Source: Oopsacas minuta
Taxonomy: Eukaryota > Animalia > Porifera
NCBI GenBank assembly: GCA_024704765.1
Contig: JAKMXF010000305.1
Span: 162,682 to 226,681 of the forward strand
Reading direction: 5' to 3'
Length of the DNA: 64,000 nucleotides
The notes below the pieces were generated by a model that saw only the letters and a list, made by a program, of their open reading frames with translations, made no database searches and was not told where the DNA came from. Every line of letters starts with the position of its first letter. The stretch's first letter is position 1. A program made the position numbers and the translations under genes. Below are positions 27,128 to 40,250 of the stretch, piece after piece.

Positions 27128-28014
27128 TCTATATTATTAAAACTCAATTGTTGTTTGTTTGTCTGTTTGTTTGTCCGTTGTCAAGGAAAGGATTAAAGGT
27201 ATGCAATAATGAAATTGTCGAATAACTTTGCATCTATCGTGTTTATCAAGGAGGTAAACAGAAATCAATAAAACTTCACTATATATATCAAACATGCTGA
27301 ATCAGATTTTCACACTTTGGATTAATCATATGTAAATTTATTGTGGTTTTTATGTATATAAAGTAAGCAAAGAGCTGAAATCTTGAAATATTCGTAGGCA
27401 CTTGCTCTCACAGATTTATAGGGGAAACACAATAGTTTGATCTAGAATTTAGCATGTTCAAGTTTCTTATTTGTAAATTTATTGGTATTTTTATGAATAT
27501 AAAGTGTAAAAATAGCCAATTTCAAAATATATATACAGGCTTGCGCTAAACGGCTACCCAGGAGCAACAGAAGACACTATACAAGAATTTTGCATTTTCA
27601 AGTTTCTCATATTTAAATTTATTGTTGTTTTATGAATATTAAGTAAAAAAATTTCAAAATTGAGGTGGAATCATACTTTCAACGACTATCCTGGGGTAAT
27701 CGAGTATGCTGAATCCGATTATGGCATTGTTTGTTTGTTTCTCCGTTGATATGTAAAGCTATTGTTGTTATTGTTAATATAAAATACACAAAGTAGTCAA
27801 ATCTCAAAAATTTACTCAGATACTTGCTCTCAACGGTTACAAATTGGGCTGAACTTACAAATTTTTCAATATATATGGCATATATGTATATATGGTAATT
27901 ACATATATATTTATGATAATACTCAATTGGACCGTCAATTTGGAGAATAATGGATACCTCGAGGCGCAATGAGCCGAGTTCATCGCGAAGCGACGAGCCA
28001 AAGGCACGTACTAG
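27128..28014 (+). mobile_element. Non-autonomous Helitron/Helentron-like element
   Basis: 5' A|TCTATATTATTAAAACTCAATTG followed by a (TGTT/TGTC)n microsatellite. About four degenerate 140-150 bp internal units. 3' hairpins TCGC-GAA-GCGA and GCC-AAA-GGC, then CTAG. The 3' flank is A rather than the canonical T. Confidence 0.65.
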
Positions 28015-28456
28015 AGAATTTTAGAATCCAATTGTGCATACGATTAAGGTACATCAGGTTGAGAACAACAGTATCACCTGTTATGTCACCAAATGTGCAG
28101 ATATATTTATCTCCTAACGGATACTAATCCGACTTCAACTAATTAAGTTGGATTAATTAAAGTGAAATTATCAATCCTATTGCAAACACACAATAAACAA
28201 CAAATCAATCAACGATGTTGAACAGTATAGAATTTTTTGACACAAATTACATCAATGTTTGTCATGGTGGGTTGGATAATTGATATGTATATAGATTTTA
28301 CAGTGAAATATTTTCACTTCCTATGTCAATAATGAACTAAAACTCGATAATTGTTACAATTATAGTCTTATCAAGATAGCCAATTTATGCTACATACCCA
28401 ACTTCACCTACTCTGATAATAAATTTTGATGTGATATCTATGAAGGGTATCGCATA

Positions 28457-29787
28457 TCAGGGCGTTTAATAAGTCTTGCGGGTCATGATATATCTTAGGA
28501 ATTAGTCAAGCAATACATCTAACTTTCATATATTATAAGCCCATATAGTTAACTCCATATACTGAAAGTTTCAAGCTTATTCAATACAAATAATGAATCT
28601 TTGAGATAGTTCGTGTAGTCAATTTATACCCACTGTTGAATTTATGGCTTCAAAGGATGGTAATTTTAACTTCAAATGGCGAACTTACATAGAGTTTCGC
28701 ACAATACTCAAGATCCAGCCCGTACAGATCTTCAGCGAGTTACAGGATATATTGTGCGTGGATTGCCCTTCCAGATCTACAGTAGAGCGATGGGCTGTCC
28801 GTTTTAGATCTGGTGATGCTGATGTCACAGATTTTCCTCGATCTGGAAGACCAGTATCCGCCACCACTTCAGAGAATATCGCACTCATTGAAAGTATGGT
28901 CATGGAAGACAAGTGCATTACTGTCAATCAGTTATAACAAAGTATGGAGATTTCACCGGAAGCTATTCATACAATTCTGACAACTGAACTTGGCTACCAA
29001 TCGATATGTGGGAAATGGGTCCCGCATAAGCTCAGTGAGAATCAAAGGTTGGCACGACTTAATATTGCCAAGAAACTCTTGGAAACTTATGAGAACTGCG
29101 ATTCTAGACGCCTAACAGAGATTATTACTGGTGATAAGACGTGGGTGTGCTATTCAACACCATATAGCAAGTGTAAGAAGCGATCATGGATGAGGGGCGA
29201 CGAAAAACGGGCGAAAATTCCTAGGCCAGACTTCAGAAAACCTAAGATTATGTATACCATCTTCTTTAGTAGTCATGGAATTGTCTCGCAATTACCTTGT
29301 GAGAGTGGCAAGGCTGTCGCTGCTACATTCTTTACAGAGCAAGTGCTTTCACACTTGATAAAAACTCTAGAAAGTACCGCCCGAAAAGCGGAACTCGAGG
29401 AATGAAGATTTTAATTGATAACGCCAGTTCCCATACAACTAAGCTTTCCAAAACTTTCTTGCAAGTAGAAGGGTTAGAATTACTTCCCCATCCACCATAC
29501 TCGCCAGACCTAGCTCCGTGTGATTTTTGGCTATTCCCCAAGCTTAAAATATACCTTCAGGGCGAATATTTAACACATGACAAGCACTCGGAACGGACCT
29601 GTAGCAGTACTTCAAATCCATCCCCGAAGAAGAGTACAGAAATGTGTTTTACAAGTGGGTAGAAATGTTAAAACTTTGTGTATCTGCAGGAGGGGATTAC
29701 TTTGAATAAATAATATAGTGAATTAGTGTGTATGGTGTTTGTATCATATTCTATGATATCACCTGCAAGGCTTATTGAACTCCCCAG
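28457..29787 (+). mobile_element. Full-length mariner (DD34D), pseudogenised
   Basis: Degenerate TIRs (TCAGGGCGTTTAATAAGTCTTGCGGGT / CTGGGGAGTTCAATAAGCCTTGCAGGT), TA TSD. Motifs RSGRP, GKWVPHKL, ITGDKTWV, LIDNASSH, PYSPDLAPCDFWLFPKLK. Confidence 0.92.
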
Positions 29788-32676
29788 TAATATTAAAATA
29801 ACCATATAAATGATATTCAGCATTACGTCAGTTATCTTTCCAATAAAGTATATATGTATCTACAAATCAGTGTAGTGATTATTGGATTATTGTAAATATG
29901 TATGTGGATTTAACAAAATATAATCTAATGAAGGTTCTATAGTACTACAAACTGATTGCTAAATGATTTGAATACACTTTGGAATCGTCTTAAAAAAACA
30001 ATAAGTTAGATTCTTCACTAATAAAAGTGTTTCAATTGGTAGGTGGCCGCGAGACAGCTTGTTGCTTCAAGTTACCTTAGGTTATATATAGCTAAAGACT
30101 TGGAGTTTTGGGTCGTTACGTCACGGGGTAAGATACACGGCACTACATGTCTCGGGGAGAATATTTACGCAAATTGATATTATTATTATCCATGGTCCAT
30201 CAAAGTTCCATTTTATGGCCTTATGTGGTAACAATTTTTTCTTATGATAATATTATTCTTTAGTCAAATTGTCTCCTGTAATGTCTACAAAATTATTTCA
30301 AATAATTTCTCTGCTTACTACAGAATTTTGATTTGAAAGGGAGCTCAATAAGTTTCCATGGGTTAAACAATTGAGTCATGTCCTGTCATATGATATTCAA
30401 ATATTGACTGAACAGTACCTTAGGATATTCATGAGGTCGATCTGGTGCAAAATATTTCGCCATCCAGCAAACCTAATTACTATTGTGTTTCCAAAGATTG
30501 AATAGACTAATGTGTCAACAAATTCATTCCAATGGTGACCTAACCGTTTCTAGGAGATTATCACAGAGCCCAGGAAATTTTGAATGGACCAGATTTCGTA
30601 ATAGTTCCTGTTTCCGCAAATATCAAATGCCACTTGATCAAATAAGGAGCTATAGAGTTGACAATAAGTATATAAATACAATTGTTACTGTATCAAATCA
30701 ATCACAAGATAGCTACGCTAAAAATGAGCTCATTGAAGTGGACATTAATATGAAGATATCCTTCAATCAGGATCTGATGCTGAGACAGACTGTGACAGTA
30801 TACCCGAGCCTCCACCCCGGTATTCTGAAGTTGAGAAACAGAAACCAAAATGTCCGGGAAGAAAGGAGGAAAGGGAGGCGATCTTAATACAGCCTTAGGT
30901 CATAAGAAGGCTAAATATATAAAAGGGTATAACGAGCGAAAAATGGAAACATATTTATATCAGAAGGTGTTACTAGCAATTCCAATGCCGGGGTACTGGA
31001 ACATTTTCAACCGGGATTCAATCCCAGGATTAAGTAGTCCAATCCCGGGATTCTCAAACGAATTGATCACACTCCAAAATTGTCTTCCATTGAAAAATAT
31101 CACGTCCACCAAATTAGGAAGCTGCAAAAATTGTATGAAACAACGGCAATCTGATGTTCGTAGTATTACATAATATAATATTACCAATGCATACACATAA
31201 TGTATACTACACATCACAATAGTACATTCTGAACTGAACCGATATTGTTATTCTTTGGCTATATGACAGTGGACCTCGTTAGATCTCGAGAATTTGCAGG
31301 TACACCAATTTGGACACATTATAAGCGATCATCTGTGGAAATCTGGCAGAAATGCAAGATTTGTAAGACGAATCTAAAGTGTCATGAGGGTCAACCAAAG
31401 GTTCTCATAATTATTCTCATTCATTTTGCATTAAATTCAATGTTGAAGAACGTGAATATATCCTCAATAATCGCCGTACAACTGAAAGCAAGCAAATGAC
31501 TTGTAACTATTACAAAGAATAATCCATCAATCATTGTATTAGTATAAGCTATGTACTTATATAGAAGTAAAATTTTAATGTATCAATTAAGCATGCTCAA
31601 TCCTGGATTGAACAATATCTCAATCCAGAAATCCCCGAAATGGAACCCCTAGGTGTACACTTCAAATAAATATATATTTTAATAATAATAATAATAATGT
31701 ATTGATTCCACATCTGTATCTTTAACTAATATGTACAATTAAAATATACTTCATTATGTGTATTTGATTTCTCAATATTTAAGTATCAGGAAGATTTTAA
31801 TAAAGTTGATTTTCCATTAGAAAGTATGTCTCGTGACTATCTGAAAAGGGATTATAATGCCTTGACATATCATATTTGATGATATACAAATTGGGATAAT
31901 TTTGCCCCGTCAGATAGTAGGCACCAACAGGGACTAATTAGAATGGAAAACTTAATAGTTCATACCGTGCAAAATTCTTCAAATACCAATTTGACAAGCA
32001 CGGGACCAAGTTATGTAGAGAAGGCTATGTAGTAAATAGTCTAAATACTACGGGTTGCAACCTACCACTATACAAAGTAGTTTTAAAGAGTATACTTCAT
32101 ATTGCATAAGTAGTTAAATTTGAAACAATTATATATGAGTAATGTGGTATATAGTGACCATGGATGAGCTATTTCCACTCATTTAAATATTTAAGATGCA
32201 TTTATATAACCAAAAATGCATGTGTTGATAATGTCAAAATAAAACCTCGCAGAAACCGAGAATTTTGCATCAGGATGTTGTTTTGGCCGAAGTATGTATT
32301 TGGTACTTTGAATTGCAAAATCGTGGAATTTATCACGAATAAATGTACTGCACATTTATAGAACAGCAGAGTAGCAACCATTATAGCCTAAAAATTTTAG
32401 AATGTGCCAAAATATTTGCCTCGAAACAATTTTTTGGTAAAATATGCAGGCTTGCCGTGGATGAGAAAATCCAATCCATATCCATATCCATATCTATGTC
32501 ATTTTTGCGTGGATATCCACCAACCAGGATATCCATGAATATTTCAAAGGCCTAGAACATCTTGTCTATAACGGCCATTCAAGGCTAGTGGTGACTATTA
32601 TGTACAGGTAACCGCTATGTAGATGTAGATTACTAATGAAAATCCATTCATATACTAAACGTTATATACTGAAGCT

Positions 32677-33096
32677 CTAGATATTATGTAAACTGTCATT
32701 CATAAACTCTCCGATATCACTATCGTCTTCAAGTGACAGGGACATGGATTCATTGTTGATGACCATCGCAACTTCCTTTGGCTCGATTACAATTCCCAGC
32801 TTCTTGATTATTGTGATATACATTTTCTGGTATCTGATGTATACTAATTTCTTCATGACCGCCGGTGACATTCTCTTTCTCATTTTTGAAAGTAGGTTGC
32901 CGACCTGGCTGAACAACCTCTCCATTGCTGCAGAAGATATTGGTGCCGAGAACATTATCTTTGCACAGGTGCGCAGAAGTGTTAAGACACTGTACCGCCA
33001 AAACTGAGTTGGATCTTTCATTGGTACCCGGGTGTGTCTGAATTCTTGGAGCTCTATACCAAGAGTAGTAGCCTTTTGCCTTTTGGCTAGCAACAC
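32677..33096 (-). pseudogene. hAT (Ac/ZBED-like) dimerisation-domain fragment
   Basis: PTQFWR...AKIMFSAPISSAAMERLFSQVGNLLSKMRKRM. Flanked by GGATATCC-rich subterminal-like repeats (32450-32555, 33550-33600). Confidence 0.8.
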
Positions 33097-33791
33097 CAGA
33101 ATTCACGAGTGAAAAGGATGAATAGCAGTAGCAATAATTGCATCATAATTGCATAGTAATTGGTTACCTTTCACCAACATAGATCTTGAGAGAATTCAAA
33201 ACTTTACATGAAATCTGGCACTATTCGTGACACAATAATTGGCTACCTACACGACTTCACCGATCTTACCGATAATAACTAATTTTCCATCAAATCGATT
33301 CTCAATTGGGAATCAAATAATTTCATAATTTGATATTCATACGGTATGAAATAATAATCATGTGGTGCCGGTTAGTTACATGTAATACACCAGCTTAGGT
33401 GATGAGGCTAATTGATGGGGCCGACAAAATTTAGATGGGCGCTAGCCCCATCTAACCCCATGCTAGAGCCGCCACTGAACAACACTAGTAAATGTACTTA
33501 GTAATATTGTTAATTTAATTATAACAGCATCCCCATTATTGAATATCCTATCGATATACACGATATCCATGGATATGACCAATCCATCCACGGATATATC
33601 CAAGGCGAGCCTGAAATTATGCCATTGTTTGATAGTTTCTAATGGCCGATATATCGGTATATACTGCATCTTCCATTTCCAATTAAATGTATTTAATGAT
33701 CCATATAAAGTATTTTGCATAAAACTAAAAATATTGTTATGATAAAGTTTACTAGTTCTTGAGTTACTACAAGGATCATGGATGAGACATA

Positions 33792-34539
33792 CAGTTGAAG
33801 CCGCTAATCTGGACTCGGATCATCCGATATCCGCTTGAACGAGACAGTGGTTTGGGAACAGATTTTTTACATAGAAAAATCGTCGGATAATTGGGATATT
33901 GAATAGGTTAATCGGGATTTTTCATCCCGATTACCCGAATATTTAAAAGTTCACAATCGGTTATTTAGGATTTCTTATTCCGAAAAACCGAATATGATTT
34001 ATATTCGCTTAATTGGGATTTTTATCCCAATATTACAATTCCACATTTATTCAGAATAATTGATAAATGGTTTGTTCTAAAGCTAGGAATTTGAATATTA
34101 TCTACAACCATGACAATACAACACCGATGCGATTACCATTTACTAAACTAAGATTTTAACATTGCTTACCTGCCTCAGGTTCCATTGGCTATTCCACCGT
34201 GTATGATTCCCTCAATAATGACCAGACAGTTGGATATCCAAACATTTTGCATGGGTTGCAGTAATAAGCACATGTCATATTATTTAAACTTTATTTCTTA
34301 CTTTCTAAGTATATAGCGTAACGTATTCTATGACCTCTTGAAGCGGAACTATACCCATACTACAACCAAATCTCTACTAGACCCTAGATAAATCAGGATT
34401 AGTAGTATAGAAATAAGATATATCTGGTCATGTGACAATGAAAAACTAGTTTTGAATACTTAAATAATCATAATCGGTTAATCGGTTAATCGGGACAAAC
34501 ATTGACTCCCGAGCTGTCCCGATTAAGCGACTTCCACTG
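33792..34539 (-). mobile_element. pogo/Tigger-type MITE copy 2 (inverted relative to copy 1)
   Basis: Reverse complement of 1836-2592 over essentially its whole length with scattered substitutions. TA TSD at 33790-33791 and 34540-34541. Confidence 0.92.
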
Positions 34540-35240
34540 TAGTATGAATATCTAGTTATAACTCAATAATTGTGATATTTATTGTCAAACCAATATACCC
34601 AACAATAGGGCTGAGGTTGGCTAGGCAAGTAGGTATTCTTGTACATAATCTATGAAGCTTTGTAAATATAATTGTAAAAATAAATACCTACCAATTATTT
34701 ATGCAATAGTGTTGCGATTGTATCTGAAAAATATAAAAATGAAATTCAATAACATGGACTCAAAATGTATCATCTCAAAAGTACCTGAGTGCCAGAATTC
34801 ATGCATATATATTTTATTAGCTCTAAAAACCGTAAGAACAATGAAATAAATTGGTGGAAATGATGATATCTGCTTAACCCAATATATAATTCCCTAACAG
34901 TTACTGGAAATAGATAAGGTTAGACAGTTAACTGAGTAAGTAGTAATACAAATTGATATATTATCTTTTAAGCATATTGGTAATCTTAAAAGTGACCATA
35001 TATGAGTATATTCAATGATTACGTCAAATATGCAATAGCTTTCATATATCAAAATGTATTACAAGTGCATGGAAAGTTGGGTATATACCATAAATAGACT
35101 ATACTGATTTGACATTGTTTTTACGATTATTGAATTTAATATATCCCAAATTAACAAAGTATGAAAATCCATGAAGTGGTCTTAAATTTAAGTTTTTCAA
35201 TTACTTTCCAATTCAATAATGAGTTGAAATTCTCACCTTC

Positions 35241-35576
35241 CTAGTTACAAAGAAGACTTACATGTTGGAAACAAGGGGTATTGATTTTAAGAGGATATAG
35301 GCAATAATCAACCGGAAAACTGTCGAAATTTGGATAGCGGAATGTTTTCTGAAAATCTTTTCGATTAAGCCAATTGTTGCGAATACCCTTCAATAGATGA
35401 ACAAAGTCAAGCATAAGGAATATTTCTGTCCAATGGACGAGGCACATTAATCCCCTCAAATTATTGGGAGAAAACATTGTAAAGAGATTAAGAATCAACG
35501 GGTAGCTATCAGTTGCCATAACTTGAACGCCCAAAGCGCAATGTTCAATAGTGATAATGATAGATGTAATGACCAA
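35241..35576 (-). pseudogene. P-element transposase fragment (catalytic-core region)
   Basis: MATDSYPLILNLF and FLMLDFVHLLKGIRNNWLN match the P-transposase motifs TDN.S.N..LF and FD.VHL.KSIRNNW. Confidence 0.8.
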
Positions 35577-36691
35577 GCGAACCTCGATAGTAATATATTA
35601 TTTACCTATTGGCTATAAACAAAAAAACTTTATATGCAGAAAATGTATATTAGGTATCTAGTCCTCTACTTAAAGTATCACAATTTTTCAGGTTATTAGA
35701 TTTTGTGGGATAAACAATTATCAAATTGAGTACTCATGCGAAATTAAAGAATTTCTATGCCAACGATTATGGAAAATTCTCAGTGAAGAAATAAAACTCT
35801 GGAAATAGTATCTCTCACAAATAAAATCTGAAGCCATACTGAATCACAATTATCCAACAAATATTTGGGGATTACCATAGATTGATATGCAATTAAAGGT
35901 CAACAACATGTAGTGTAGTATTTGGATAATAATGAATACTATATGGCAAAAGTCATGGAAAGTAATGCAAATTATCGGTGGTACATGGTATCTCCGCATA
36001 TTTTTGTTATTTCTATATATAATGTAATAATAATGAATAATTATGCAGTCAGATAATAGAGGATAGATATTTCTCTCGATCCTCTATATTCTGGCAGCAT
36101 AATTACTCATTTGAAAAGGCTTCTGGATCCAGATCCTACGATCCTTGCGTGATAGATCCAAATGCATATCTATTACTTGTTGGATCAAAAGAAATTTGGG
36201 CTGTATTCAGTACATACAGACAAAAGATAATAGAAGCTTGTCAAGAGATAAAAACCGCTTGTGAAAATGAGGGATCTTAGGCAGGCGCAAGCCCGCCATG
36301 TAGAATAAAGGGTTTATGGCCACCAGCCAAATAACTTTAAATTTCTAATAACTTGAATACCTTGGAACAATTCTTTAGCGAATAATGGAAAAATAATACA
36401 GACGACTCATACATCAAGAAAGAATATGAATAAATAAGCACATGTATGCAGCATAAAAATAAAATTCTGAAGACATAGTATAAATTTCACCGAAATTCGC
36501 GAAATATTTGGAAAATTGAAATGAAAATTATGGGAAAACCGGAAATAAGGAAGAAAAACATTATACTTCCGAATGAAGACTGTTGATTGCCTTTAAGGAT
36601 TCACATATGTTCATGCACCATTTGCTGGATGCCAGTGACATGATTATAATATGATTTGTATGGGAGAAAAATACACAATCGATAAAATTAC

Positions 36692-36973
36692 CTGATAATC
36701 GCTCGTTGAAACTCTGTAAATTCTCAAAGTCTAATCCCCGATAAATGAATTGGGAGTTCTGAATAAATTTAGGAAATCCCAATCCATAGAATGCAACTCT
36801 AAAATATTCTGGACTTGGACGAACCTCGTCAATAATCTTAGAATAGAAACGAGCAATGCGCTCATGTATTAAACTGAGACTGACAAAATTGAATGATATA
36901 GTTTCATAGTACAAAGAGAGCTTTTTTGCCTGTTCAATTGCTAATTCAAACATCTTCCCTTTGTCAAAATAAT
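36692..36973 (-). CDS. DOCK: DOCK-family GEF, DHR-2 exon (second in transcript order)
   Basis: tttttag|AT TAT TTT GAC AAA GGG AAG ... CGA TTA TCA G|gtaatt, 282 bp, phase 1/1. Peptide YFDKGKMFELAI...RPSPEYFRVAFYGLGFPKFIQNSQFIYRG matches the DOCK1-5 segment YFDKGKMWE...PDYFAVGYYGQGFP.FLRNK.FIYRG. Confidence 0.95.
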
Positions 36974-37329
36974 CTAAAAAGGTGATACGGAAACATAAAT
37001 TAGTTATAGTAGTAAAAATATATGGCCAAGTCGATGTATAATATCCAAATAGTCAAGATAAATATAAACAAAAATTGTCTGAGACTTATAGCATTCTGAT
37101 TGATGAACTTGCACCAAGCATAGGCACAAACATCGGTTCAATTCAGTCAAAGAGACTAGCAAATATCAAGGAAACTAGAATACCTGTCATTAATACATAT
37201 CATTTGTTGTTCCATAACTTCCATTCTACTCTTGAGGTTACCCTATTCTATCTTACTACTATGCCCTTGGAATCTCTCCATTCATCAACTATATCTTGAA
37301 TATTGAATTCGTTTAATTGGTGAGCGGAG

Positions 37330-37760
37330 ATGGACGGATGGCTCTGTGATTGAAGGAGGCTTGACGCAGGTGATTCTAAGGGATGTGCGCAACATTCTCA
37401 AAACAGAGAAGGCGAGTTCTGTAGTACAAGTAGTAGAAGCCTGGATAAGGAGAAGACGCAAGCAGGAACTAACGTTAGGTAGGCCACGCGGAAAATTGAA
37501 TCAGGCTGGAAGACTGACACGATGTTCGGAATATGTCACTCTTCTCTATCGGGTTTGATCAGCCTTGCTGTCTTTAACTCGAGTCTAAGGTCTTCGGCAT
37601 CCACATTCGCTGTGAACACTTTAGCCACCGTCAGGATGGCCAACTCTGAAACCTCAGTCCAGGATTACGAACCAGAACATCTTCTAAAGCCACAATTGCA
37701 TCGTCCACGTGGAAACATTCTTCGAGTTTCTCAAGAGTAGTTAAAAGAGAGCCTTATACT
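37330..37760 (-). pseudogene. hAT C-terminal fragment
   Basis: Manual translation GLPNVSSCLRLLLIQASTTCTTELAFSVLRMLRTSLR resembles the hAT dimerisation domain. Confidence 0.65.
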
Positions 37761-38699
37761 GAGACACGAAGTACATATCGATCTCGGACTCAGTAACTGG
37801 AACGATTCTCCTTGCCCTAGGACGTCTCTCTTCAAATATTAAGGCCACGTGGAAAGTTTGGAGCCTCTAAGTCCAGCTCCTTGGATGTAGTCTTACATTT
37901 ACGGTAGAACTCACAACAATCGATAGCAGCCTCAAGACGTAGTAGTGTTGCTACGAGGATATCCTGGTATCTGAAAATGGTGATATTGACTCATCGAACT
38001 CACTTGTGTACAGGATGCACAATCTCCAACGGTCACATCAGCATTTTCAAGGAAACGAAAACAGAAGACGGTTGGATTGTTGATGAGAATGAGGGCTGAG
38101 GCCTTATGTTTTCCTTCCAAGATAAGCTGCTGGAACCATTCCAGTAAATGAAAGTCTCACCAAATTAGATGAATTTTGGAGGCTTTTGAAATAATATTTT
38201 GCTCACCCAAGTTCAATTTCAATAAATATAATTTCATCCATCAAAGCCCTATCAAACCTATACTGGGTGTAGTTCTAATGTTACTTTTACCAGTAAAATC
38301 CAATTTGTGTAAAAAATAATAAATTAAATAGATTGAACTTCGTGATGATGCAGCATAATAATGGGTTATATACTATGAATAATGCGAATACATTCTTGTT
38401 GTGAATAAGTCCATCTCGCAATTTATTGTACTATTCAAGGATATTACACGCATGACAAATTATCGAATAAAACTTTTCTATAAATATATGTTGAGAGAAG
38501 TTCAGCGAAACCAAATAATACCAACATTCCATTCTATGCTTTTGGTTAGTATGGTATGTCATGCCAAAATGTTACTATGTTGATGTGATGTTTAACTCAA
38601 CTATTAAATACAGACTCACAAAATACAATCTAACTTATTATAATGTTACTACATTTGTTTAAACATTATCAGTGACTTCTAGCAAGTGTTTGACATAGA

Positions 38700-40250
38700 A
38701 TCAATATCTGAACTGTCGCAGTTTAAGTTCGCTTTACAACCTCGTTGATCCCAAACTCCATATTTCTTACATTTGAGACACTTACGACACTTCTCATTGA
38801 TTACTGGCCCTCCTACTACGTACATTTGAGAGAGTATATCTTTCAGTTCTGAGGAAAATCTGATTTTCGTGATAGATACTCACTAAACCTGCGTATTAGC
38901 TTACGTGCCTGTTCCAAACCTTCTTCAGAGAATTTCATATAACCACGATTATCATTCAGTTCAAAATTTATAGGCATAGTATATGCTAGAAATTTATGCA
39001 CTGTGAGAGTTATTGAAACTCAGGGGTAATGATCGAATAGAAAGAGATATATTTTCACATAGTCCCTTGAAGTTATTAACATTGATGTTCTGAGAGGAAG
39101 TAGTTTCACAAAGATGAGCAGAACATTTCTATGCAAAAAATTCAGATTTCCAACGTCTTCTTGAGGGAAAAGGAGAGCGCTGTTTTAAAAGAGAGATCAT
39201 CAGAAAAGAACACACGAGCTGAATTAGCAGTGCTAGTATTCACACTTCCTCCAGATTGGTCAAATTGAATATCCGTAACTTCTTTAGTCTGTTGTGTAAT
39301 CAGTTTATGACTCTCCAAATATTTACATGATAATCCCAGCTATGTCTTCCCTCTGCTATCTGGTATAATATTTTCAGAAACAAATCAAGTATACGTAAGT
39401 ATGTGTTTAAGGCTGCAATAGGATGGACTTCAATTGAACTTGCAGATTCACCAGTGATTCTAGCTCGTTGTCGGGAAAGATAAGCTATGAGCTCCTTCCA
39501 ATCAGAAGCTAGCCCTAAGATAGTATCTTTGATCGCTTGCAACGTGCAATTAAGCGGAAAGCCTGCTATTACAACTTCATGATCTGATACATCAGTTTGG
39601 CTTGCTAAGCAACACTGACAAGCAGCGCCACCGCGACCAGTAAATATCGCTTACATTTATCATCTAACATTGAGGCCTAATTCCTTACTTACATGTTCAT
39701 TTTCATTCTCGAAGCCTATTGATACGATTTCGTCAATTCGTGGATTCAAGAAATTCATTAGAGTAGTGACATTCTTAATGTCCTCTTTTTGAGATAGCAA
39801 GAATTTGGGTATAGATAAGACCAGAAAATAATTCCTTGATAATCTTTCAATTCAAGAGGAGAAACCATAAACATGAGAGAATGTGAACGGTCACGAGATG
39901 TTTGAGATCTAAGATTAGGCACACTGTGACTCTCCAATCAATCTACATCAGGTTTAATCATAAAGTGGAGCGAGTACATCAGGCTCCTCAATAGATTATA
40001 TATAGTGTGTGATGAAACGCTTTAAGTGGTTTATTATCAAGCCAATGTAGTTAAATGTTACTCCAATTGGATTTGATACTGATGGGAAACTTTGGATGGA
40101 GGTATCAGAGTTGTACGAAAATTACGTATTTTAGACCAACTGGCTAACATTAAACTTTCTGAAATTAGAAAATAGATTCGTGCATTTCAATTTCAACAGT
40201 TTGAGGTTATATACGGAAACGTTGACTTTTAGGGTGAAACCAATTTATTA
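38700..40250 (-). pseudogene. Second, older Transib/RAG1-like transposase relic
   Basis: Manual translation: FTGRGGAACQCCLAS (~39605-39650), HPIAALNTYLRILDLFLKILYQI (ORF 39300..39542), GGSVNTSTANSARVFFS, TLTVHKFLA, KFSEEGLEQARKLIRRFSEYLSRK (38880-38935), and a Cys-rich tail. Collinear with the 54606-56713 protein. No TIRs found. Confidence 0.82.

Noticed and set aside
30973-31651. Possible hAT MITE with TAG...TTCCA.T..CGGG ends
   Set aside because: The TIR match is poor and no TSD was found.
24533-33477. Pairing the CAGTGGCGG end at 24533 with the CCGCCACTG end at 33477 as one hAT
   Set aside because: Only 9 bp match, and the 8-bp flanks differ (CACTGGAA vs AACAACAC).
39921-39928. Internal CACTGTG as a TIR of the second RAG1-like relic
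   Set aside because: It lies inside the coding region, with no partner end or 5-bp TSD.
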